In this document: positions 52,184-64,000 of the stretch, piece by piece
Layout: the number at the start of each line of letters is the position of its first letter
How positions within the stretch are numbered: the first letter of the stretch is position 1
Assembly: GCF_006345805.1 (NCBI RefSeq)
Contig: NC_043003.1
Location: 83,700,001 to 83,764,000 of the forward strand
From: Octopus sinensis
Taxonomy: Eukaryota
Reading direction: 5' to 3'
DNA length: 64,000 bases
Position numbers and translations under genes: made by a program
Notes under the pieces: generated by a model
Told to the model about the DNA's origin: nothing
Seen by the model: only the letters and a program-made list of their open reading frames with translations
Databases searched by the model: none

Positions 52184-53064
52184 TCATTATTATTATTATT
52201 ATTATTCTTTTATTCTTTTACTTGTTTCAGTCATTTGACTGCAGCCATGCTGAAGTACCGCCTTTAGTCAAATCAAATCGACCCCAGGGCTTATTCTTTG
52301 TAAGCCTAGTACTTATTCTATCGGACTCTTTTGCCGAACTGCTAAGTTACAGGGACCTAAACACACCAGCATCGGATATCAAGTGATGTTGGGGGGACAA
52401 ACACAGATACATAACATATACACATATATATAGATATATACGATGGGCTTCTTTCAGTTTCCGTCTACCAAATCCACTCACAAGGCTTTGATCGGCCTGA
52501 GGCTATCACAGAAGACACTTGCCCAAGGTGCTATGCAGTGGGACTGAACCTGGAACCATCTGGCTGGTAAGCAAGCTACTTACCACACAGCCACTCCTGC
52601 GTTTATATTATTATTATTATTATTATATTATTATTATATTATTATTATTTATTATTATTATTATCCTGAGAGCTGGTAGAATCTGTGGTATGTCAGAGAA
52701 AAATAATTAGCAGCATTCTGGTTCCTTATGTTTTGAGTTCAAATACTACAAAGGTCAACTTTGCCTTTCATCCTTTCAAAGTTAATAAAAAAGTACCAGT
52801 TGTGTACTGGGGTCAATGTAATCAACTACACCTTGCCGCCAAAATTTCAAGCCTTGTACCTATTAGTAAAAAAAAAATTTAAGAGCAGTAAGCTAGCAAA
52901 ATCTTTAGCACGCTGTATAAAATACTTAGAGTCTTTTCTTCTAGCTTTATCTTCTGAACTCAAAAGCCACCCAGTTCAAGTTTGCCTTTCATCCTTTCTG
53001 GACCAATAAAATAAAGTACCAGTCAAGTTCAGGGCTTGAGTAATTCACTAAACCCTCCCCTTAA

Positions 53065-53283
53065 CCCTTTAGTGTTCAGATTATTCTATCAAACATAATG
53101 CCTATTGATTCCCATTGATTTGAATTAATCATGCATTATCTCATATCTTCAAGATCTTGATGGTGTAATTACTTAATGTAGAATAACATTGTAGGGTAAG
53201 TGTGAGGGCCTGGATCTGGTCAGTTTGAGCATAAAACAGATTAAATATTTTGGCCAGATATGGCTGATTTAAATACTAAAGGG
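53065..53283. mobile_element. piggyBac-type MITE
   Basis: TTAA|CCCTTTAG...CTAAAGGG|TTAA. Confidence 0.75.
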
Positions 53284-53920
53284 TTAAATTGCTGGCTTTA
53301 CGCCAAAATTTGAAACCATCAGGTACCAAGCTAGCAGAGCTGTTAGCACATCAACCAAAACCCTTAGCAGTATTTCTTCCAGCTTTTTATGTTCATCATC
53401 ATCATCATCGCCATAACGTCTGTTTTCCATGCTAGCATGGGTCAGACAGTTCGACCAGGGCCTGGGAAGCCAGGAGGCTGTGCCAGGCTCCAGTCTGATC
53501 TGGCAATGTTTCTACAGCTGGATGCCCTTCCTAATGCCAACCACTCCTTGAGTGTAGTGGGTGCTTTTTACATGCCACCAGCACAGGGGCCAGAGGAGGC
53601 TGGCAAATGGCTACGATTGGTTGGTGCTTCTTACGTGTCACCAACACAGATGCCAGTCAGGCAGCGCTGGCATCGGCCACATGGTGCTTTTTCTGAATTC
53701 AAATTCTGATGAATTCAACTTTACTTTTCACCTTCTTGGGATCAATAAAACAAGTACCAGTTGAGCAGCGAGGTTGATGTAATCTACTTGCCTACTACCT
53801 TAAAATTTTTGGCCTTGTTTTTGTTGTTGTTGTTGTTGCTCTCCTCCTCATTGCCATCATTGTCGCCGCCAACGTTGCCATAACCAACGTTGTCATTGTC
53901 ATCATCCTCATCATTGTTAC

Positions 53921-56900
53921 TGTTGTGGAAAGATTCCGACCACCACCATGTGACTATTAAATAGAGAACTGTTGAGTCATCAGCAATTAGGGTAAGTAGT
54001 TCACAGTGAGCTATTGCTTGAGAGTATTGAGTCTCGTGTAATAGTAATCGTATAACATTGTGTAAATACTTTCTTTCCCCACTGCTTCGTTAAATTATAT
54101 ATATCCAACGCCAGGATATAAAAGTGGTGACAAGTTGATCGAAGCTTGCATTGGATGATGAAATTTCTTTCTTTTTTTTTTTTGGTACAAAACCAAAGAA
54201 AATGGTTTTATTGACCTCTGTGGTGAAGTTGCAAAAGCAACAGCAGCAACAATAACAGTAACTACAACAGCAAAAATAGTTACAACAGCAACTACGACGG
54301 GAAGAACAATAAAATGGGCAGTGATATCCTGATTATTAATGCAGATACATAGAAAAAAATTGGGAAACCTAGATTAAAAGAAACTTTGAAAATTGTCCAT
54401 GGTGTTTCAGAAAAAAATTACATTTTAAGGGCAAATTGTTAAATGACATTACATTTCATGGAAAAACCTTAAAAGCCAAAATTTTTGTGTTGAATGATAT
54501 GACAAATTAATTTGAAACAGACTGGATGGAATTATTTAACTTATGGAACCTCCTCATAAATCTTTTCTGTAAAAATGGGAATGGTTTATTCCCCCCCCCC
54601 CCCCGGTACAAATATGTCATTAGACGAATTAAAAAAGAAAATTTTTTTAATTTTTCCTGAAGTTCTGTCTGATGAATTAGATCTGTGCAGCAAAGCGAAG
54701 GCAAAGTTTCAAATAAAAGAAAATGCCATATCAGTATTTAAGCAAAAACGAACTGTACCTTTCACGGCATTAGATCAGATAAGCTTAGAGTTATAGAGAC
54801 TAGAAAAAATGGGACTTATCCAAAAAATGGAATATAATCAATGGACAGCATCGATTATGTATGTTAAGAAAAAGAATAATAAAATCAGAGTGTGTGCTAA
54901 TTTTTCCACTAGTTTAAATAATTGCTTTAAAATGTTCCACTATCCACTACCTACTCCGGAGGATAATTTTGTGAAATTAAATAGTGGCAAGATATTTTCT
55001 AAATTGGATCTCTCTGATGCATACCTACAAATCAGAGTAGACAATGAATGCTCTAAATGCCTAACAATTAACACACATAGAGGACTGTATAAATATCACA
55101 GGTTACCACTTGGCTTAAAAATCACACTGGTGATTTTTCAACAGATTATAGATGCAATGTTAGCAGACTGTGAATTTGCAATTCCATATTCGGATGATAT
55201 AATCATTAAAAGCAAATCCAGTGATCAACAGGTAGAGCATGTAAACTTTGTGTTAAAAAAAAATTAGGGATTACAGCTTTACTTTGAGTGAAGAAAAAAA
55301 TGAATTTTTCTTACTGAAAATAAAGTATTTAGGACAAATCATTGTCAGAAATGGACATCGACTATATCTGTTGAGGGAAGACACAATTAAAAATATGCTC
55401 CCTCTGACAAATATAGTGACTTTACAAGCTTTTTTGGTGACTGCCAAATTATTACCAAAATTATATTCCAAATATGCCTAAGGTAAGAGTTCCACTAAAT
55501 AATCTATTTAAAAAAATATGTAAAGTGGAACTGGTCTGAAAATTGTCAGAAGGTGTTCAATGAAATTAAAAAGATATCAACATCTGATTTTTCATTAGCA
55601 CACTTCGATCCTGCTATGGAAATTGTTGTAGCTTCAGATGCCTCTAAGTACAGTATTGGAGCAGTAATACTACATGAATATAAAGATAGCAACATGAAGT
55701 GGGTGGTTTATGACTCATGATCTCTGATATCAGCAGAAAAAAATTACAGCCAAATCAAGAAAGAGGCCCTAATGGTAATTTTATTTTTACATAGTAGAAG
55801 TTTTCCATTACAGATTGATCATAGTCCGTTATTATCGATATATGGGTCAAAGAAAGGAATTCCTACCCATACTGCAAATAGGTTACAACACTGGGGAACT
55901 ATATTATTAAACTATGATTCTAAGATGGAGTATATATCATCCAAGAAATTAGGACATGACTGATTTCAAAAAATACTTAACCATTTGAAGATACCATGAT
56001 TGCAGCTTTGTGAGCAGAAAAGGAAATTAAAAATGTTTGTGTAACATCATACGTGAACAGCCAGTCACATAACAAGACAAAATTAAAATCAGAAAATGAT
56101 GAATTCACTAAAAAAATGAAAGAAATGCTGAAGGCTAAAAGAGATAGAAATATGCAATACAAATTCAACCCATTCTCTATGTGAGGCAATAAGCTGATGT
56201 ATGCACAAAGAGTCATAGTGCCAGCCACACTACAGAAGTGATTACTAAAGGAATTTTACATTGGTTACCCAGGGATTTCAAGAATGAAATCATTAATGAG
56301 AAGTTATGTATATTGACCAACAAGGGACCATGACATTGAAGAACTAGTGAAAGCATGTGGAGGGTGTGCTCTAGCTGCAAAAGCACCTACCACTAAATGG
56401 CAACCAAGGCCAAAAACAGATGTTCCATAATCCAGACTGCATATTGATTATGCAGATCCACTTAAGGGTCCATATTACCTTGTTGTGGTGGACAGTTTTT
56501 CAAAAAGCCAACATCTGCAGTTACAGTAAATTTTTTACACAAATTGTTTGCCAGATATGGTATTCCTGATACCATTGTGTCTGATAATGGAACTCAATAA
56601 GAAAATTTTGTAAAATGTTTGTCATCAAACATGTGATCACTCTGCTGTTTCATCTTAGGTCAAATGGACAAGTGAAGCGTTTTGTTGACACTTTCAAGAG
56701 GGTGGGGTAAAAGGTGAACAATGAAGTAATGAACAACCTTGCACTTCAACAATTTCTAAGAGTGTACTGAGTAACACCAAATCCAAATAGCCTGTCTGGA
56801 ATGTTACCCACAGAATTGATGTTTGCCAGAAAGATCAGATCTGTTTTCGATAAGTTGATACTGAGTGAAGATAGACAAAAGGCAAAGAGCAAAAACACTT

Positions 56901-57716
56901 CAAAATTCTTCAAGTTAGGTGATAAAGTTTTTTTCTAAACCTATAGATATGGTAAAGAAAGCTGGGAGGACTGTGTAATTATTAAACAAACTAGAAGAAT
57001 GTTATTCCAGGTAAAAAGAAAAAATGTTCAACATAAAAGACATATTAACCAACTTAAAAAAGACTCATGGAAAAAATAGTGACAAGAAAGGAAATACCCA
57101 TGGAAGTAGTGTATGGCACATTTGAAGTACCAACACCCAAACAATTTGAAGCTACACATTCTAGCACCAGGAAATGGAAAAGAATGGAAACAATGGAATT
57201 GAATCCTAAATGTAAGACACATATAATCCCAGACACAAATAACCCCAGGCACAATGACTCCAGACACAAATAACCCCAGACACAAATAACCCCAGACATA
57301 AATAACCCCTGACACAAATAACCCCAGACACAAATAACCCCAGACACAAATAACCCCAGGCACGAATAACCCCAGACACAAATAACCCCAGACACAAATA
57401 ACCTCAGACACAAATAACATGTGTCTACACTTCTCAACACTCAGCAAGTAACTGAGTGGAATGTGCCAAGAAATTACATGGGTGGATAGCACTATCACAA
57501 CTGCCAGATGTAAGATACACATACACAAAACCCCACCACAACACTGGAGGGTTAAATAGACAACTGTTGAGTCGTCAGCAACTAAGGTAAGCAGTTCACT
57601 GTGAGTTGTTGATTGGGAGTGTTGAGTCTCGTGTAATAGTAATAGTATTGCATTGTGTAAATACTTTCTTTCCCCACTGTTTCAGTAAATTATATGTCCA
57701 ACACCAGGATATAAAA
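53921..57716 (+). mobile_element. Old Mag-like Ty3/Gypsy element, gag largely missing
   Basis: Diverged LTRs 53921-54123 and 57509-57716, possible TSD GTTAC/GTTAT, PBS tggtgacaag; RT FSKLDLSDAYLQ, YSDD; RH DASKY; IN RLHIDY, SDNG. Confidence 0.85.
57215..57418 (+). repeat. 16-bp minisatellite (agacacaaataacccc), about 12-13 units
   Basis: Seen directly, between the end of pol and the 3' LTR. Confidence 0.92.
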
Positions 57717-58005
57717 GTTATCGTTGTCATTGTCGTTGTCATGGTTATCATTAGGAAGTGAGTACACACTTAATAATGAAGGACATGGGAAATTCTGAAC
57801 ACATAAGCTGGTCGTGGTTGACTGAAGAAAGAGGATAGGAAAATTAATTACAATAGAAAGTTCAATATAATTGTCCTTGTTGCTGATGCTGCTGCTACTG
57901 CTGCTGCTGTTGTTGTTATTGTTGTTGTTGTTGATGCTGTTGCATCTGTTATCATCATCATCATTATCATCTGCAGAATGGGAAACCATGCTGATTTTTA
58001 GTTAC

Positions 58006-58069
58006 CTTCTCAGGTGCTCATCTGCTGGAATTTTCCTCTCTGCTTTGAGGAAGAGCTCACCTGCTAACT
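58006..58069 (-). CDS. Candidate host-gene exon, 64 nt (ELAGELFLKAERKIPADEHLR)
   Basis: Branch-like aactaac, ccctttttcag acceptor, AAG|gtaact donor; an overlapping plus-strand exon reading is also possible. Confidence 0.5.
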
Positions 58070-59293
58070 CTGAAAAAGGGTTAGTTTTATGTAGCAACAC
58101 TCCAAACGAAATGCTAAACGTTTCGAAAAATTTTTTTCAATATGGAATTCTTGATTTTATTTTTTCCATGATAAAAACAAGACAAAAGTGAACAATACTA
58201 TAATATTTGACACACACACCACATGCACACACACAAACTGGAGTGAGAGAGTGAAAAAGATTGTAGCAAAGTAAGTGAAAGAGAGATGCTATTCAGGAAG
58301 TTTGCCACCTGTTCAAGATCAACACCTGAAATTAACAGCAACATCATCGTCATGGCCACACAGTATGTATCCTGAAAAGAATATCAGAAAAACAGCAGTT
58401 ATAATGTTGAGCTAAAATCGTTGTACCTTCACCAACAACAATAATGAAAGAGAGAATGGCAAAAGCAATAAATGAAGTTAACAACAGCAGTCACAGTACA
58501 ATAGCAAGGATTCTTCAGAAATGATAAACTACATCAATGAAAAAATGCTGTGTTCACAACCACCACCTCAACGATTGCTTCTTCCACCACAAACATCATC
58601 ATTAACACATTAACACTATGATTTCTGAAAACTTCACCGCCCTTACCAAGAACAGTAACAACAACACAAATGTCTTTTGAAGGGTGACAAAATTCCATAA
58701 ACAAGTTTCCATAGAAAACAAACACAAGAACTTGAATAATGCAGAAAAAACTCATGGTGTAGGAGTGGTTGTGTGGTAAGTAGCCATAGGCATAGGAGTG
58801 GCTGTGTGGTAAGTAGCTTACTTACCAACCACATGGTTCCGAGTTCAGTTCCACTGCATGGCACCTTGGGCAAGTGTCTTCTACTTTAGCCTTGGACCAA
58901 CCAAAGCTTTGTGAGTGGATTTGGTAGACGGAAACTGAAAGAAGCGCATCGTATATATGTATATATGTATGTGTGTATACGTTTGTGTGTTTTGTTTGTC
59001 CCCCCCTCCCCAACATCGCTTGACAACCGATGCTGGTGTGTTTACATTCCCGTAACTTAGCAGTTCGGCAAAAGAGACCGATAGAATAAGTACTAAGCTT
59101 ACAAAGAATAAGTCCTGGGGTCGATTTGGTCGACTAAAGACGGTGCTCCAGCATGGCCACAGTCAAATGACTGAAACAAGTAAAAGAGTAAAGAGAGTAA
59201 ATGGGAAAACAAAGGAGTTCGGCTGGCAGTTCCTTTGTAACTACTGAAAAGAACTGCCAAAAGAGTTAATACACACTGCTGTATGACTATTAA

Positions 59294-59957
59294 CCCAACA
59301 GTATTCAGATTTCTCTGTCAAATGTAATGTTCCTTTATTCACATTGTTTTCAATTTATCATACATTGTATCATAGCTTTGAGATTTCACTGATGTAATAG
59401 CTATTTTTAGAATGGCAATGTAGGATAGATGTGAGAAAGCCTGACCTAGCCAGTTTCAACGTAAAGCTGGTAGAATATTTGGGCCAGATATGGCCAGTTT
59501 AAATGCTAAAGGGTTAAGTATCATTGGTACATAATTTTGAAATTTTGAACAACAAAAACAAACAAGTTTTGTATTTGTATTTGGTCTGCAAGATTCTTTA
59601 TGTGAATTCATGTGCTGAAAGAAATTTTGTTGTGTCTAGAAAGAGTCATTACACCAATGTTAATAACACATGTGCTGGTTCAATTCCACTCTTTTATCCA
59701 ACAACAAATCAATCATTTGTTTAATTTATTTGGTTAACCCTCTAGCGTTCAGATTTCTCTGTCAAATTTAATGCTTGCTTATTCACATTGTTTTCAATTT
59801 ATCATACGTTATATTGTGGCTTTGAGATTTCAATGACGTGATTGTTTATTTTTATAATGTCATTGTAGGACAGATGTGAGAGACCTGAACTTGCCAGTTT
59901 GAACATAAAACAGGTAGAATATTTGGGTCTGATATGGCTAGTTTGAAAACTAAAGGG
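59294..59957. mobile_element. Two more 220-bp piggyBac-type MITEs (59294-59513, 59738-59957)
   Basis: TTAA flanks and CCC..GGG ends; same internal sequence as 53065-53283. Confidence 0.78.
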
Positions 59958-59964
59958 TTAAACT

Positions 59965-60791
59965 TGTAGCGGACCCTTAGTGAAATACTTCCTCTCTCTC
60001 TCTCTGACATATATAACACAAATACGGACGTAGTAGTTAACAGTTAACCTTCGGCCGCTTAGGCCCAGTTGTGTTCACTACTCTGATTGGTTGGTTTTGG
60101 TGCAGTTTGTCTCTTGCTTTATTTCGTGCCAGTGTGCGACCGAACCAATCGCAACCTTCTGATAAGGTCCCATGACCCTGTTTTTCTAAAGCTCGTTTGA
60201 GCCTCTAGTTTGCAATGAAACCCAGTGATTCATCGAATCACATGTCATAGGTTCTCCCCACTGACCACAGAGCACCCAGCGATACAGCCATGTTCCAGTG
60301 ACAGTCAACCAGTTCCAGCGACTGCGACACCAACACTAGCAGCATTTTAGGACCTTCTCCACCATTGCCTTCATCTTAACGTCGCCTCATTCTTAACGTT
60401 GCCTCCACCACCGTCCCCTTCCGCTTATCAATGCCACCATCATCAATACATACACAACAACATCGCCCAGGTTTAACTTCACGCTGTTTGTGAATACTCA
60501 CCAAGGTTAACAGCTAGCTCAACCTGTGAGAACCTTCTGTACCAAGTAACTTGGCACAGCATAGCAGCCACAACTGATAGATGACATGTATTCAACTGGC
60601 TCTGCCTTGTGACCTCAACCTCTTGTACAGAACTACAACTATTGCGTTCATTACTACAAACTGGTATTTACCTTCATCTTGTGTCTGATCTACTTCTAAC
60701 ATCCTGATAGACTCTGTATTTTATCTCATGTGCATACACCCTTGTTGTACACACATACACATTATTGCATGCATGATGGCCTGTGTATGTC

Positions 60792-60847
<56 letters not shown>

Positions 60848-60963
60848 TATTATTATTATTATTATTATATTATTATATATGTACTCATGTCAAACACACA
60901 GACACACACTCTATTACCCACATGTTGACATCGAAATAAAACCTTTCTCTTAAACATTATACA
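59965..60963 (+). mobile_element. Probable solo LTR
   Basis: TGTA...TACA ends, CCAAT boxes, AATAAA near the 3' end, CpG-rich; no TSD found. Confidence 0.4.
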
Positions 60964-63329
60964 GTTGTGTCATCTTCTCCTTATTCCTTTCTGGCACTTG
61001 TATTCATTTATCCATATTTTGACTTTTATTGTAAGGGGACCATGCGGTGTTTAAAGGAGTCATTCATTTTGTCACCATTTCCTTTTCGTACGGTCGTTCT
61101 ACAAACTATTAAAAACTCTCAGATTTTACAGTTGCATGCATTTGATGGATACACTGTCTAAGAGTAATATGAAGCAACATAGATTTTTGTAACTCAAGTA
61201 AGGTAATATGACTGCATAATAGTGAAATTCCTCAGAAGTTCTGCCTCAGAAATACTCTATTTTCTTATGCAAATTTGAGGACCTAAGCTCACTCGCACAT
61301 ACTTTGGTCATCATGTGACAGAGGTCAAAATGTCAGATGTGCCACTAGATTTACACTCCTAGTGGGTAGTGGAATATTTGGTAATAGAAGGCCTAAGTCC
61401 CTATTTCATATTAAAAACATTGAATAGAAAATTGGTTTGGGACTGGAGTGGAGAACTTAATCGAAATAAAACTAGAAACTAGGGACAAGATTCCCAACCT
61501 TATTATATTGCCAAAGGAAGCACAACTTCAGGTCATGATGGTAGGTAGCAGAACTTGGTTGCACACATGTAGGAGCAACAATTGAGGGAAGCAGGAAGAA
61601 GGCCAACATTGCCTTTTTTGGTATTGTATTTGCAGCTGTTGCAGGTATAAGAAAATCTATACCATCGACAGTAGCAACAGAAGCATTCAACAATAATAAA
61701 ACAACAGTAAATACAGTAGTAACCCTAACAATAGCAGTGGTGGAGAGCAGTCTCAATAACAATAGCAGGAGTGGAAACCAACTGTTGCAGCTCAGAAAAC
61801 AATTTTCTCACCATCATAGACATGGCAGATTAAGAAGCCACAATGAACAAAGGTGACAAAACGTAGCAATTACAAAACATATGCAGGAATGAAGAAGAAA
61901 AGCAACTCACAAAATAGTTACAAGTTAATAGCCAAAAAGCACAAAAGATAGACTGAAAATTTATCTCTGAGCCATCTAATATCAAAACCACCATCAAACC
62001 ACAACAAGAACATAACCAACACTCACAAAAGCAACCAGTGTGCTTGGTGTCTGGAATTTCACCAAGTGCACACAATTCTTTACCAGTCAGAAAATGAGGT
62101 TGGTAGAAATTCCACACAGGTATTCAATAAAGGATTAGTAGAGGACAAAAGCAATAACATTCCTGGGGAAATTCTGGGCATTGATGAAAATCAACTGACT
62201 GATCTGTTCTGGGGGTTTTCAATACAGGACCTATAGACAATTTCCAGAAATTCCTTGTCAGAGGATGTTACTTGTTTGATAAACTCTGAGATGTCATTGG
62301 TTGGCCCAGTCCGATATACACACACAATAGTGGAACCATTCTGCAGGCACTCATTCAATGCCTGAGCATTGCTGTAAAGTTACATCAAACAATTGCTGTT
62401 ATGTGCAAGGTGGATACAGCTATCAGCTGATTTCATTGTGAAGATCACATCACCACATTCCTTTGGCCATGATGGGCAAGTAATTTTTGTCCGTGTGGTG
62501 GCTTCAGCAAAAGAGGCATGTTCTAAGCATGCATATATTTAATTGCAAAAATGCAGCTTTTAGAGAGACATGCTTTACTCATCAAAGTGTGCTTTTGTGG
62601 GATTTCCATGGATAGTTCTTGTAGGTCTCCCCACTTTTGGGGAATTTTCCTAGTTTAAAATTTTATTGTTACTTGAGAAGACCCGGCAAGCCAAGTAAGA
62701 CCATAACTGTGTCCTATGCCAGTGCAGCATAACCGGCTCATTTTAGAGTACCCTTCAATCATTGGGCAACAAACTTCACTTGTAAAGACCTGTTGAGTCA
62801 AGTGAAGTCATTGTCATGGCCAATGACAGTACCGCCTGACTGGCACCCATGCCGGTGGCATGTAAAAAGTACCATTTGAGAGTGGTCGATGCCAGTGCTG
62901 CCTGACAGGTTCTGTGCCAGTGGCACATAAAAAGCACCATTCGAGCATGATCATTGCCAGTGCCGCCTGACTGGTTCCCATGCCGGTGGCATGTAGAAAG
63001 CACCATTTGAGCATGGTCAATGGCAGTGCCACCTGACCATGTAAAATGCACCATCCTAGCGTAGTTGATGCCAGTACTGCCTGACTGGCCCTCATGCCAG
63101 TGGCATGTAAAAAGCACCCACTACACTCTCGGAGTGGTTGGCATTAGGAAGGGCATCAAGCGGTAGAAACTTTGCCAGATTAGATTGGAGCCTAGTGCAA
63201 CCTTCTGGCTTGCCAGCTTCAGTCAAACTGTCTAACCCATGCTAGCATGGAAAGCGGACGTTAAACAACGATGATGATGATGATTTCAAAAATTTTACAG
63301 ATTATTCATGCAATTCCAAGTAACACTGT

Positions 63330-64000
63330 CTATCTTCACATTCACTCTTACCATTTCAATCCTGTTTGAGAGCTTAGTATTTATTGTATGCAAGGCTCAA
63401 ACAATGATAGGTGTAACACTTCCCTTCTTCAATGGACACAGTCCTTTTATTTTTTCGTCTCAAATCATATTTTCTATTTCCTGAAGTTTTTCATCATCAG
63501 GACTATATCAATGATGAATGATTAAGCAGGTTTTCCACTCTCTCTCTCTTCCCAGCCTTTACATATGGATTTCAATATTCAATGTCGTGATCACAATGGA
63601 GAATTGTATTATCCATACTTGCCACACAGCTCCCAATGAGTCATTCTTGCAGCATTATTATGTCTTCTGTTATATTTTTTTTCAAACCTGCTTTCTGTAT
63701 CCATCCACTGTGCACAATAGAGTCTCACCTTTATTACTCCATAACCTGCACATCACTTTCAGTTGTACTGTTTGTCCTGCATTTAGTGTAACCAGTCCTA
63801 AGTGCTTGCTTATGTACAGCACAGATGAGTGCTTCTGTCTCTGGGTTCAAGTCACTCTTCCTTTGCCAGTGCCACCTTCCATCACCATCTGCATTCCTGC
63901 TTGCAAACTGCCCACCCATCATTTTTTACCATTCCATTTTCTTTCATCTTTCTTACTCTTCTTTTCTCTGTACTCCTCTGTCTCCACACAAGTATCTGTC
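63330..64000 (-). mobile_element. Old R4-clade remnant
   Basis: GQF...W..KSDLNPETEALICA..QALRT...RRHNNAARMTHWELCGKY. Confidence 0.75.

Noticed and set aside
57230-57418. Regular short repeats as a CRISPR array
   Set aside because: No unique spacers and no cas genes; it is a plain minisatellite in a eukaryotic context.

Overview
AT-rich, repeat-saturated animal genomic DNA. The SINE families look like those I recall from Octopus (inference, not searched). No bacterial genes, rRNA, intact tRNA or CRISPR array were seen. The window holds: (i) a young, nearly intact Ty3/Gypsy LTR retrotransposon (12068-16328; 275-bp LTRs differing at 3 positions, GGTGA TSD, -1 frameshift signal, only two lesions); (ii) about a dozen R4/Dong-clade non-LTR fragments, all on the minus strand and mostly embedded in (TAA)n tracts, one nearly full length; (iii) older Gypsy remnants (CsRn1-like, Mag-like, a tandemly duplicated block), CR1, RTE and L1/Tx1 fragments, tandem Helitrons, pogo-, piggyBac- and mariner-type DNA elements, three or more tRNA-derived SINE families, and Penelope-type hammerhead motifs; (iv) a few candidate minus-strand exons of an unidentified host gene, with a CpG-rich to CpG-poor transition near 16-17 kb. 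Most striking observation: the young Gypsy has no canonical TGG primer-binding site. The 12 nt abutting its 5' LTR (AGCTATTTCGGC) are instead the exact reverse complement of the 5' end of metazoan tRNA-Phe, suggesting priming by a 5' tRNA fragment.
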